Shown here one piece after another: positions 38,966 through 51,846 of a stretch of 64,000 nucleotides of DNA. The stretch is from Octopus sinensis (Eukaryota), in assembly GCF_006345805.1 (NCBI RefSeq), contig NC_043014.1:11408001-11472000 (forward strand), read 5' to 3'. A program made the position numbers and the translations under genes. The notes below the pieces were generated by a model. It was not told where the DNA came from and made no database searches. It worked only from the letters and a program-made list of their open reading frames with translations. Each line of letters opens with the position of its first letter. Positions within the stretch are counted from its first letter, which is position 1.

Positions 38966-40625
38966 ACACATTGTCAGTAATAGTCATGGCTGTTGCCAGG
39001 GTCATGTAAGTGGCACCTATGAAAGCATAGTTGTGGCTATTGATGTCACCCTACTGGAGTTGTATAAATGGCACCCATGAAATCATAGTCGTGGTTATTG
39101 CCAGTGTCATGTGAATGGCACACGTGACGGTAGTACATAAAACACCCATTACACCCTTGGAGTGGTTGGTGTTAGGAAGGGCATCCAGCCATGGAAACCA
39201 TGCTAAATCTGACTAGAACCTGGTGCAGCAGCTCCTTAGTTTACCAGTTCCAGTCAAACTGTCTAACCCATGCCAGCATGGAAACTGAACCTTAAATGGC
39301 GATGATAACAGGCAAAGTATTCCATTTTGTCTTTTCATCCCCTCATTCACTGTTAGCTCTAGCCATGGTTCCAATGAATAAAGAGAATGCTTGTTGTGTA
39401 AAGCGCAAACACTTGGAGATGAGGTTGAAATTTCGAAAGACCTTGACAGGAGTATGTCTGTAAAAGGTCTGTGTGAGTTGCAGAGAATTGGCTCTTCCAC
39501 AGTTTAACTCCTTACCTGGCAAAGATGAGTTGTCTTCACCCAATGTCTTTTCCAGAGTGTAACAAGTAAACTTGTCCAAAACATAGAATTTCAAAAACAG
39601 CCACTGATGAGTTTATACGTCAATTCTCAGGATTTCTTGGTTTTTATTTACAAATTACGCCCAGATGTGTTTTTTTTACATCCTAGGCGTAGCAGTGTCT
39701 GTGTGGTAAGTAGCTTGCTTACCAACCACATGGTTCCGGGTTCAGTCCCACAGCGTGGCACCTTGGGCAAATGTCTTCTACTATAGCCTCGGGCCGACCA
39801 AAGCCTTGTGAGTGGATTTGGTAGACAGAAACTGAAAGAAGCCCGTCGTATATATAGGTATGTGTGTGTATATGTTTGTGTGTCTGTGTTTGTCCCCCCA
39901 ACATCACTTGACAACCAATGCTGGTGTGTTTATGTCCCCATAACTTAGCAGTTTGACAAAAGAGACTGATAGAATAAGTACTGGGCTTACAAAGAATAAG
40001 TCTTGGAGTCAATTTGCTCGACTAAAGGCAGTGCTCCAGCATGGCCACAGTCAAATGACTGCAACAAGTAAAAGAGATGTCAAGCTCAGATGACAATGAG
40101 TACGAACCTTCTGTTAGAAGCTTGGATATATCAGATAAGAGTGTAAATTCATCTGATAAAAATAATTTGTCTGAAAATGTAACATTTTCTCCAAAAACAG
40201 TCACCAGGAAAGGGGTAAAGAAACAGAAAAAAAAATGTCCCGGAATTTTCTTTTCTTGGCTACCTTGCTTACACAGATAAGGCAGCATGGTTAAGAAGTT
40301 CACATTGCAAACATAGGGTTTGGGGTTCAGTCCTACTGCATTACACCTTGGGCAAGTGTCTTCTACAGCCCTGGGCAGACCCATGCCTTGAGAGTGAATC
40401 TGGTAGACAGAAACTGTATGGAAGCTTGCCATATATGTGTGTTCGTGAGTGTATGTGTGTTTGTGTTTGTCCCACCACTACCACCATCACTTGATAACCT
40501 ATGTTGGTTTGCTTACATCCCCATAATATGGGGAATATGTTGAATAAAATCATAATTAACCATTCCCCTTGTATTTTCTTTTACCCAAAGCAAGGAACTT
40601 TTCAGCACCCCATCGTGTGTGTGAG

Positions 40626-40656
<31 letters not shown>

Positions 40657-40694
40657 GTGACCGCGTGTGTGTGTATATATATGTGTGTGTGTGA

Positions 40695-40764
<70 letters not shown>

Positions 40765-40779
40765 ACCGCGTGTGTACCG

Positions 40780-41148
40780 TTGGCGATTTTTTTCCCTCTG
40801 TCTTCCCCTCTCTGGATCTTTCCTTCTCCTATGTTTCTGACAAAGAGCTCCGCTCGAAACGTTAAACCCTCCTTCTTTCCTGAGCGTCCAATAATACTAT
40901 ATTTGTTCCATGTCCTCGCGTTGTTGTGTTTTTTTGTGCTTTCATGTTTGGATTAACCATATATATATATATAAAGTTAATCCAAACAAGAAAACACAGC
41001 AACGCGAGGGCGTGGAACAAATATAGTATTATTAGACGCTCAGGAAAGAAGGAAAGAAGGAGGGTTTAACGTTTCGAGCGGAGCTCTTCATCAGAAACAA
41101 AGGAGAAGGAAAGATCCCGAGAAGGGAAGACAGAGGAAAAAAACTTGC
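40780..41148. mobile_element. Tail-to-tail inverted pair of about 175-bp hammerhead-bearing Penelope-like terminal repeats around a (TA)n core
   Basis: The left arm (40780-40957, +) carries a mutated core CUGACAA at 40833-40867; the right arm (40976-41148, -) has an intact core. The pair is repeated at about 41354-41722. A truncated related copy lies at about 8045-8150. Confidence 0.65.
41064..41098 (-). ncRNA. Minimal type I hammerhead ribozyme motif (intact core), NEURL2 intron 2 sense strand
   Basis: Minus strand: GUUU-CUGAUGA-A-GAGC(UCC)GCUC-GAAACGU-U-AAAC. Confidence 0.75.
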
Positions 41149-41636
41149 TGGCAGTGCTTACAAGGTCACATGTTGAAAGGTAGCCGAATCATGTTTTTTA
41201 AAAGACAGAAGAGTTTCAAAGACAGTATGGTAAGGACAAGGAATGTGTGTGGGTGTGTGCGTGCGTGAAGGTCTGCAGGTGCGCGTGTGTGTGTATGTGT
41301 GCAATGATGACACGTGTGTGTGTGTGTGTGTGTGTGTGACCGCGTGTGTACCGTTGGCGATTTTTTTCCCTCTGTCTTCCCCTCTCTGGATCTTTCCTTC
41401 TCCTATGTTTCTGACAAAGAGCTCCGCTCGAAACGTTAAACCCTCCTTCTTTCCTGAGCGTCCAATAATACTATATTTGTTCCATGTCCTCGCGTTGTTG
41501 TGTTTTTTTGTGCTTTCATGTTTGGATTAACCATATATATATATATAAAGTTAATCCAAACAAGAAAACACAGCAACGCGAGGGCGTGGAACAATATAGT
41601 ATTATTAGACGCTCAGGAAAGAAGGAAAGAAGGAGG

Positions 41637-41671
41637 GTTTAACGTTTCGAGCGGAGCTCTTCATCAGAAAC
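41637..41671 (-). ncRNA. Second copy of the intact minimal hammerhead motif
   Basis: Identical to 41064-41098, 573 bp away in the tandem duplicate. Confidence 0.7.
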
Positions 41672-41883
41672 AAAGGAGAAGGAAAGATCCCGAGAAGGGA
41701 AGACAGAGGAAAAAAACTTGCTGGCAGTGCTTACAAGGTCACATGTTGAAAGGTAGCCGAATCATGTTTTTTAAAAGACAGAAGAGTTTCAAAGACAGTA
41801 TGGTAAGGACAAGGAATGTGTGTGGGTGTGTGCGTGCGTGAAGGTCTGCAGGTGCGCGTGTGTGTGTATGTGTGCAATGATGA

Positions 41884-41921
<38 letters not shown>

Positions 41922-42595
41922 CGTGTGTGTGTGTATATGTGTTTCAGTCATTTGACTGTGGCCATGCTGGAGCACCGCCTTTAGTTGAGCAAATCGAACC
42001 CGGGACTTATTCTTTGTAAGCATAGTACTTATTCTATCGGTCTCTTTTGCCGAACCGCTAAGTTACAGGGACATAAACACACCAGCACTGGTTGTCAAGC
42101 GATGTTGGAGAGACAAACACAGACACACAAATGAATACACATATACATACAGATATATATATACATATACACGACAGGCTTCTTTCAGTTTCCGTCAACC
42201 AAATCCACCCACAGGCTTTTGTCAGCCCGAGGCTATAGTAGAAGACACTTGCCCAAGGTGCCACATAGTGGAACTGAACCCGGAACCATGTGTTGGTAAG
42301 CCACTCCTATACCTATATCGACTAATATCTCTAAAACGGCTTTTAAAAAACTTTGTTCTAAAGATTATTTTAGGATTTATTGTATAACACACACACGCAC
42401 ACACATATATATATATATATGTATATACATGCATGCTTGCAGGAGTGTCTGTGTGTTAAGAAGCTTGGTTCCCAACCATATGGTTCTGGGTTCAGTCCCA
42501 CTGCATGGTACCTTGGGCAAGTGTCTTCAGCTACACCCTCAGTCCGACCAAAACTTTGTGAGTGGATTTAGTAGAGGGAAACGGAAAGAAACCTG

Positions 42596-42599
<4 letters not shown>

Positions 42600-42638
<39 letters not shown>

Positions 42639-43550
42639 CATACATACATAAAATTGTGTGTCTGTGTAAGCCCCCACCACTACCATTGCTCGACAACCGA
42701 TGTTGGTGTGTTTACATCCCCGTAACTTTGCAGGTTGGCAGAAGATTCTGACAGAAGAATAAGTGCTAGGCTTACAAAGAATAAGTCCTGGGGTTGATTT
42801 GTTCGACTAAAGGCAGTGCTCCAGCATGGCCACAGTCAAATGACTGAAACAATTAAAAGAATAAAAGAATACAATATACATATACACACACACAAACACA
42901 CATACATACATATATGGCGTTAGGAAGGGCATCCAGCTGTAGAAACACTGCCAGATCTGACTGGCCTGGTGCAGCCTTCGGGCTCCCCAGACTCCAGTTG
43001 AACCGTCCAACCCATGCTAGCATGGAAAGCGGACGTTAAATGAGGATGATGATGAGGATGATATATATATATAAATTTATATAAATAAGGATAAGATCAA
43101 TATTTAAATACCGATCTTATCAGGTGTCCAGCATGGGAATAAAAACCTTCAAAGGTAATAATTATTATTAAAATTATAATTTAGTGTATCTAAGAGATAC
43201 CACCATGCTGGAAATAGCAGTCAAAACTTGACTCTAAAACCACAGAGCCAAGTTTTGACTGCTATTTCCAGCGTGGTGGTATCTCTTAGATACCTTAAAT
43301 TATAATTTTATATATATTAAGGTATTGAGTATGTAATTTCCTTGTAAGGGATTTTTTTTAAAATTCGGATATCACCTGGTGTTATCAACTATATTGAAAG
43401 AAAGTTCTGCAATATATATGGATAAACTGTCCAAGAATGTGTAAAGTAATAAAAGAAATCTTATATGTATTACTTATTTCATCATGATACAGATAAAATT
43501 AACCAAGTATCCACTTTCTCCATTTTTTCTTAATTTACATATATATATAT

Positions 43551-43584
<34 letters not shown>

Positions 43585-44488
43585 CACATACATACATACA
43601 TAAAATTGTGTGTCTGTGTAAGCCCCCACCACTACCATTGCTCGACAACCGATGTTGGTGTGTTTACATCCCCGTAACTTTGCAGGTTGGCAGAAGATTC
43701 TGACAGAAGAATAAGTGCTAGGCTTACAAAGAATAAGTCCTGGGGTTGATTTGTTCGACTAAAGGCAGTGCTCCAGCATGGCCACAGTCAAATGACTGAA
43801 ACAATTAAAAGAATAAAAGAATACAATATACATATACACCACACACAACACACATACATACATATATGGCGTTAGGAAGGGCATCCAGCTGTAGAAACAC
43901 TGCCAGATCTGACTGGCCTGGTGCAGCCTTCGGGCTCCCCAGACTCCAGTTGAACCGTCCAACCCATGCTAGCATGGAAAGCGGACGTTAAATGAGGATG
44001 ATGATGAGGATGATATATATATAAATTTATATAAATAAGGATAAGATCAATATTTAAATACCGATCTTATCAGGTGTCCAGCATGGGAATAAAAACCTTC
44101 AAAGGTAATAATTATTATTAAAATTATAATTTAGTGTATCTAAGAGATACCACCATGCTGGAAATAGCAGTCAAAACTTGACTCTAAAACCACAGAGCCA
44201 AGTTTTGACTGCTATTTCCAGCGTGGTGGTATCTCTTAGATACCTTAAATTATAATTTTATATATATTAAGGTATTGAGTATGTAATTTCCTTGTAAGGG
44301 ATTTTTTTTAAAATTCGGATATCACCTGGTGTTATCAACTATATTGAAAGAAAGTTCTGCAATATATATGGATAAACTGTCCAAGAATGTGTAAAGTTAA
44401 TAAAAGAAATCTTATATGTATTACTTATTTCATCATGATACAGATAAAATTAACCAAGTATCCACTTTTCTCCATTTTTTTCTTAATT

Positions 44489-44520
<32 letters not shown>
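42600..44520. repeat. Tandem duplication, unit about 952 bp, bounded by (TA)n
   Basis: About 42631-43560 and 43583-44520 match apart from a few small indels or rearrangements in low-complexity tracts. Confidence 0.9.
43169..43310. repeat. Near-perfect 62-bp-stem palindrome (duplicated at 44119-44260)
   Basis: The arms differ at 3 of 62 positions, with an 18-nt partly paired loop. Confidence 0.85.
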
Positions 44521-44527
<7 letters not shown>

Positions 44528-46019
44528 TAGAAAAAAAACACCTTTTATCAATTCAAAATGAACAATTAAATTACACCAATGCACTTAAAGGTATTCCTGA
44601 TGATAGAGATGGCTTATTTGATACCATTCAACGGTCTAAAAATCATTATCAAAAGAGAGCCTATCAATGCATCAAAATGATGGTGTTGCTTTTTACACAG
44701 TAAGTTTTCCTTAATGAATTATTGCTGGGATGAAATTTTGTTTTATTTTCTGAAAATTAAGATTTCAGTAAAATTTGATTTTTCTTTCTTGCAGTGAATA
44801 AATTAATAGCTATGTATGAGGGTATTTTAAATACATTACCCCCCACTGATCATATAATAACTTTTAAGTGGAGATCAGAACTGTGTCGTAGAGATTTTGT
44901 TTGTGGTACCAGTGCCGGTGGCACATAAGAAAACCATCCGAACGTGGCCGTAGCCAGTACCGCATCGACTGGCGTCAGTGCTGGTGGCACGTAACAAACA
45001 CCATCCGATCGTGGCCGTGCCAGTCTCGCCTGGCACCTGTGTCGGTGGCACATAAAAAGCACCCACTAAACTCACGGAGTGGTTGGCATTAGGAAGGGCA
45101 TCCAGCTGTAGAAACACTGCCAGATCTGACTGGCCTGGTGCAGCCTTCGGGCTTCCCAGAGCCCCAGTCGAACCGTCCAACCCATGCTAGCATGGAAAGC
45201 GGACGCTAATCGATGATGATGATATATATCAAATATATACGTTTTATTTATAATTTTGCAATTTACTTAATCATCGGTATATTATTGTTATTTTATTTTT
45301 AATATTTCTATTAAATGTAATTTTCTAGATGGTGTAATTTAATTGTTCATTTTGAATTGATAAAAGGTGGGTTTTTTCTAATTTTTATATATATATCATA
45401 TTTTGTGAAATTTGATTTAGTATTTCTAAATTGAATTTTTCTCTGTAAGTTAGGAATAATATTCCCTCAAATTATATATATATATACACACACACACACA
45501 TACATGCATACAATATACATACACACATATGAAGGTTAAAAGCACATATGAGCGGGATCATTGCCAGGGACACAGATCGGCTCCCATGCCAGTGGCATGT
45601 GAAAAGCACTATTTGAGCATGATCATTGCCAGAGTCGCCCTACTGGCACATGTGCCAGTGGCATGTTAAAAACAACGTTCGACCGTGGTCGTTGCCAGTG
45701 CCACTGGACTGGCTCCCATGCAGGTAGTACGTAAAAAACACCTTTTGAACGTGGTCATTGCTAGAACCGCCTGACTGGCCCTTATGCCCGTGTCACATAA
45801 AAAGCACCCACTAGACTCTCGGAGTGTTTGGCGTTAGGAAGGGCATCAAGCTGTAGAAACTTTGCCAGATCAGATTCAGCCTCTGGCTCACCAGTCCTCA
45901 GTTAAACCTTCCAACTCATGCTAGCATGGAAAGCAGATGTTAAATGATGATGACACATACATGTGTACATACAAACATACATGCATTCACACAGACATAC
46001 ACACACATCTATCAATCTA

Positions 46020-46058
<39 letters not shown>

Positions 46059-46820
46059 TAGAGAAAAACCACTATTATGTAATTCAAACAATGACAGACA
46101 GAAACCAAATCATAAAGAAAAAATAAAATATAAAACATATATCTAGATCACAAAAAGTACAAAAAAAAATGAATAAACATTATATAATATATATAATATA
46201 TATGTTTATTCATTTTTTGGTACTTTTTGTGATTTAGTTATATGTTTTATAATATATTTTATTTTTCTATATATGGTTTATGTCTATCCTTGTTTGAATT
46301 ACATAATAGTGTTTTTTCTCTAATTTATATATATATTATATATTTATATTGTGAAATTTGATTTAATGCTAAATTGAATTTTTCCCTGTAAGTTTGGAGT
46401 TATACTCCCTAATATGATATATATCATCATCATCATCATCGTTTAACGTCCGTTCTCCATGCTAGCATGGGTTGGACGGTTCGACCAGGGATCTGGGAAG
46501 CCAGAAGGCTGCACCAGGCGCCAGTCTTATCTGGCAATGTTTCTACAGCTGGATGCCCTTCCTAACGCCAACCACTCCGTGAGTGTAGTGGGTGCTTTTT
46601 ACGTGCCACCTGCACAGGTGCCAGGTGAGGCTGGCAACGGCCACGGTCAGATTGGTGCATTTTACGTGCCACCGGCACGGAAGCCAGTCGAGGCGGCGCT
46701 GGCATCGGCCATGAGTTGGATAGTGCTTTTTACGTACCACCAGTCCAGGGGTCCTGGCATCTGCCGGGTGCCAGTCATAGGATTTCGATTTCACTTGCCC
46801 CAACATGTCTTCGCAAGCAT

Positions 46821-46858
<38 letters not shown>

Positions 46859-47083
46859 TACACAACCAATAAAAATAAATTTTTAGTTTCTTGAATAACA
46901 TACTGATTTTGTTTTCAGACACATTGCTTCAAAGTTTTAAATTACCAGTCACTGTACCTGGAATTAATTACAAATGCAACATAAATTCACCATTTTGAAA
47001 GTACAAAAACCAAAACATTTTAAAGAATTCGTTAGCAACAAACAACAACTCAGTGATTGCTTATCCGGTAAAAATGTACAAAC

Positions 47084-47771
47084 CTCCATAGAGTTGAATT
47101 ATCCGTACTTGTTTAGTTGTGCCATAAACATCAACTATGGCATATAAAGGACCATCTTGATATGGTATATTTTTGGCACAAGGTCCTTGATCCAGTCCAT
47201 TGATAATAAAATGCATCTCAGCGCGGTCATCATTTACTACATACATGATACCTATTCGACTGCCAACATCAGTCGGCAAGATACTTCCCTTTTTTGGAAT
47301 ACAATAGCCATTTTTACGCTCCATAGGGAACCGTACGGGTAACAGAAGGCTACGACTAAAAGTACCACGCGGAGTTTGAATTAAGTCTTCGTTTCCCACA
47401 ACAGGTTGGTATGGTTCGGTAGATTGATCCTCATCAATTTCAATGTTCCCAGTGAAAATACGATTGTGAGATTTATTCACAGCATAGATCCATGATTTGC
47501 CCATGTTAGCAAGATCCGGTAGAGCATACTGCGGTAATTTGAAATGGTTACGTGGATCGAATTGTGTTAGACCAATACGTAGGTGACCACTCCATCCACG
47601 CTCTGTCTTTTCAATTTCCACAAGGAAGATCTCTCCTGGTTTTAGAGGTTCTTCACTAAATGTCAGTGCATGGGCAAAACTAGTTTTACGGTAAGCCACC
47701 AGATTTTCATGAAATAATTGAATATTTTCCCCATGATAGGGATGAAATCGAGTTGGAGGCATTTTTTGAAC
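47084..47771 (-). CDS. NEURL2: NEURL2-like gene, NHR (Neuralized homology repeat) domain exon
   Basis: Translation [13 protein letters not shown]...[40 protein letters not shown]...[10 protein letters not shown]...[12 protein letters not shown]...[21 protein letters not shown] is a typical NEURL2-type NHR domain. Acceptor ttttactttcAG at 47772; phase-1 donor GGAG|GTTTGT at 47083. Confidence 0.95.
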
Positions 47772-47916
47772 CTGAAAGTAAAAAACAAAAAGAAAAATTA
47801 GCATTATTTAAATACATCAAAATGAAATAAAAGGAAAAAAAAAACAACACAGTGGAATTCTTTACATTAACCCTTTAACAATCAAATGTACGAGATGGTA
47901 TTAAAAAGTTCCTGGA

Positions 47917-48302
47917 CTCTTTTACTTGTGTCAGTCATTTGACTGTGACCATGCTGGAGCACCACCTTTAGTCGAGCAAATCGACCCCAGGACTTATTCT
48001 TTGTAAGCCTTGTACTTATTCTATCAGTCTCTTTTGCTGAACAGCTAAGTTACGGGGACGTAAACACACCAGCATCCGTTGTCAAGCGATGTTGGGGGAA
48101 CAAACATAGACACACACATATATATATATATACATATATATGACGGGCTTCTTTCAGTTTCCATCTACCAAATCCACTCACAAGGCTTTGCTCAGCCCGA
48201 GGCTATAGTAGAAGACACTTGCCCAAGGTGCCACACAGTGGGACTGAACCCAGAACCATGTGGTTCGTAAGCAAGCTACTTACCACACTGCCACTCCTAC
48301 GC
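47917..48302 (-). mobile_element. SINE family A copy just upstream of the NHR exon acceptor
   Basis: Full-length match to the family A consensus seen elsewhere in the window. Confidence 0.85.
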
Positions 48303-49304
48303 CTGATAGTTTTTTTTTATGATATTGTAGGATAAGTGTGAGGGGCCAGATCTGGCCAGTTTGAACATAAAACGGGTAGAATATTTGGGCCAGATATGGC
48401 CAGATTAAATGCTAAAGGGTTAAGTACCAAATGAAACAAAAATGTGACTTCAAGAGAAATACATTTTATTAAAAAGAATAAACTGCCATAATCCCTTTCC
48501 ACTTTAGGCACAAGGCCTGAATTTTGGGTACAATGAGGGCAGGTTGATTATATCAACCCCAATGCTCATCATCATCATCATCCAGTGTTTTAAATCCCGG
48601 TTTTGTCCCCATTAACAGGGGTGGTCAGATCTACCTCAATGCCATAGCAACTGAGGCAGGCAGGTGCAGCCCACACCAACCTTTGGGCTGGCTGGTGCCC
48701 ATTCTCCCATGCTAGCATGAGGCTTTTTTGGAGCTGGATTTTTTACAGGGAGCATGCCCTTGCTTACTCCCAACCTCAGTTTCTAGACATGAGTGGTCCC
48801 GAGACCAAGGCCTCTACCATGATTGTTAAGAAATGTGGTGGAAAACTAGCTCAGGAAGGCAGGCAGGCATGCTACTACCTGAGACCCCTTTCGTAGCACC
48901 TCCTACCTCAACTGGTACTTATTTTATCGACCCTGAAAGGATGAAAGACAAAGTTGCCCATGGTGGAATTTGAACTCAGAATGGACAAAATGCCATCAAG
49001 TATTTTGTGGCATGCTAAAGTTTCTGCCAGTTTGCTGCTTTCCACCAAACTACTATAGTTAAAAGTAGAATTTAAAGAAAGAGCAGGGTTATCAACCCTG
49101 TACTGTCATTGTCCCAAAGCCATGTTTTTTTTTTCCAATTTAAAAGAAACAAACAATCTTTACATGGCTGTGTGGTAAGAAGCTTGCTTCTCAACCACAA
49201 TGGTTCCAGGTTCAATTCCACTGCATGGTACACCAAGAACAAGTGTCTTCTACTATACTTTCAGGCTGACCAAAGTCTTGTCAGTGAATTTGGTAGATAG
49301 AAAT

Positions 49305-49713
49305 CTCTGTACAGGGACGTTGTCAGTAAGATGAGGGTTGGCAACGAGTATAGTGAAGAATTCCGAGTAGAAGTAGGGGTTCAGCAAGGATCAGTCCTCA
49401 GCACCCTCTTATTCATTATAGTCCTCCAGGCAATACAGAGGAATTCAAGACAGGCTGCCCCTGGGAGTTCCTCTATGCTGATAACCTTGCTCTAATAGCC
49501 CAGTCAGTGTTAGAACTGGAGACAAAATTTAAGGTGTGGAAGCAAGGTCTAGAATTGAAGGGCCTTAGAGTTAACCTAGCCAAAACCAAAGTCTGCGTAA
49601 GTAAGAAGGCTGTCAAATCATAACCCATTTCAGGTAGATGGCCCTGCTCGATCTGTAGACAAGGCGTGGGTAGAAACTCCATACGATGCACCCGGTGTAA
49701 GCAGTGGACACAG
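49305..49713 (+). mobile_element. RTE-type RT fragment with Cys-rich insert
   Basis: VGNEYSEEFRVEVGVQQGSVLS.LLFIIVLQ...LYADNLALIA...GLRVNLAKTKV...WPCSICRQGVGRNSIRCTRCKQW. Confidence 0.8.
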
Positions 49714-50214
49714 CCCTCAAACATCTCATCTCAGAAATATGAAAAGAGTGCAAGACCATCTCACATAGCAAAGTGGCATAATTTTTTGTGGAATGCTGAG
49801 TGGCACTAGTCTGAGATTGAACTCAGCATAAACCAAAATCTGCAGAACCTCTGATCAAACTATTTGGCAAGAAAACTCAACTACTTCCTTTGAAGTTGCC
49901 CACATCAATAGTGACAAGTCAACAAGTGCAGATTGATTAAGGCGTATTTGCATGAGTATTAATGCATTTTATGGTGACACATTGCTTTTATAGTGATATA
50001 GTGTATCACCATATAGCCTGTGGGCTATGGTTCAAAACTCAGCAGTGATTTTTTTTATAACATGTTATAAAACAAAACTATATTTACATGTAGTAAAAAA
50101 AAAAAAAAAAAAAAAAGAAATTAGCAGTTAGAACAACAAAAGTAAATGCAGAAAGACATAAAAGCAAAATGTTCCCAGTGTATACAGAGATGAAAATATT
50201 CCGAGGTATGCTCG

Positions 50215-51660
50215 TGTTTCAGTCATTTGATTCTTGCCATGCTGGAGCACTGCCTTTAGTCGAGCGCATCGACCCCAGGACTTATTCTTTGTAAGCCCAG
50301 TACTTATTCTATTGGTTTCTTTTGCCAGACCGCTAAGTTACGGGGACGTAAACACACCAGCATCAGTTGTCAAGTGATGTTGGGGTGACAAACACAGACA
50401 CACAAACATATACACACACATACATATATATATACAATGGGCTTCTTTCAGTTTCCGTCTACAAAAACCACTCACAACCCTAACCCTAACCCGAGGCTAT
50501 AGTAGAAGACACTTGCCCAAGGTGCCACGCAGTGGGACTGAACCCGGAACCATGCGGTTGGTAAGCAAGCTACTTACCACACAGCCACTCCCAAATTATT
50601 ATAGCACAGAAATATAGTATTACACATAATAAAGAAAAAATGGAATGGAACAAAGAAATGATAAATGGAAATGGAGAAAAGAATGTTAAACATGGAAATC
50701 CCCTCGTTAGCCATGAAAACCAGAATCATCATAGTTTTGGCATGCATACCAACCGCATGGTTCCGGGTTCAGTCCCACTGCGTGGCATCTTGGGCAAGTG
50801 TCTTCTGCTATAGCCTCAGGCCGACCAATGCCTTGTGAGTGGATTTGGTAGACGGAAACTGAAAGAAGCCTGTCGAATATATGTATATGTGTGTTTGTGT
50901 TTGTCCCTTTAGCATTGCTTGACAACCGATGCTGGTGTGTTTACGTTGCCGTCACTTAGCGGTTCGGCAAAAGAGACTGATAGTATAAGTACTGGGCTTA
51001 CAAAGAATAAGTCCCAGGGTCGATTTGCTCGACTAAAGGCGGTGCTCCAGCATGGCCGCAGTCAAATGACTGAAACAAGTAAAAGAGTAAAAAAGTATAT
51101 AGTAGTTTATTGATGAAGTATGGGAACAATAACACATTATACATGTGCCTGTATATAGCAGGCCAATTATCTTCCTGCTACATTCTGCGCCAAAGGTGTC
51201 CATGTATGTATATGTGAATTTGATGTGGTGTGTGATGATTTCTGTGTTAGCTGTATTTGCATCAATATAACTCTTTACTCTCTTTTACTCTTTTACTTGT
51301 TTCAGTCATTTGACTATGGCCATGCTGGAGCACCGCCTGTAATCGAGCAACTCGACCCCAGGACTTATACTTTTTGTAAGCCCAGTACTTATTCTATCGG
51401 TCTCTTTTGCCGAACCGCTAAGTGACGGGGACATAAACACACCAGCATCGGTTGTCAAGCAGGGGGACAAACACACACACACATATATATATACATATAT
51501 ACGGCGGCCTTCTTTCAGTTTCCGTCTACCAAATCCACTCACAAGGCTTTGGTCGGCCCGAGGTTATAGTAGAAGACACTTGCCCAAGGTGCCACGCAGT
51601 GGGACTGAACCCGGAACCATGTGGCTGGTTAGCAAGCTACTTACCACACAGTCACTCTTG
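50215..51660. mobile_element. Cluster of three family A SINEs in alternating orientation (50215-50592 -, 50745-51095 +, 51270-51660 -)
   Basis: Direct sequence match to family A. Confidence 0.85.
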
Positions 51661-51846
51661 CTTTGTTTTTTTTAAAAATCTTTTTAATCCTATCAATGCT
51701 GACCATCTCTTTTGTATGATGTACACCGGAGGATTTTGCTCAACATTGTTAAAGACAAAAACATGAGTCTACATAGTGATGTCAAGCGGAATGTAAGTCT
51801 TAAACGCTTGCTGTCAGGGCAGTAATTTTGCTAACTCAGACATATG

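Larger units (their letters stand above)
40735..41915. repeat. Tandem duplication, unit about 574 bp, bounded by (TG)n
   Basis: The two units are identical apart from a 1-nt indel and microsatellite length. Confidence 0.9.

Noticed and set aside
40077-40280. MSSSDDNEYEPS... ORF resembling a piggyBac transposase N-terminus
   Set aside because: Only low-complexity similarity; no catalytic domain or termini.
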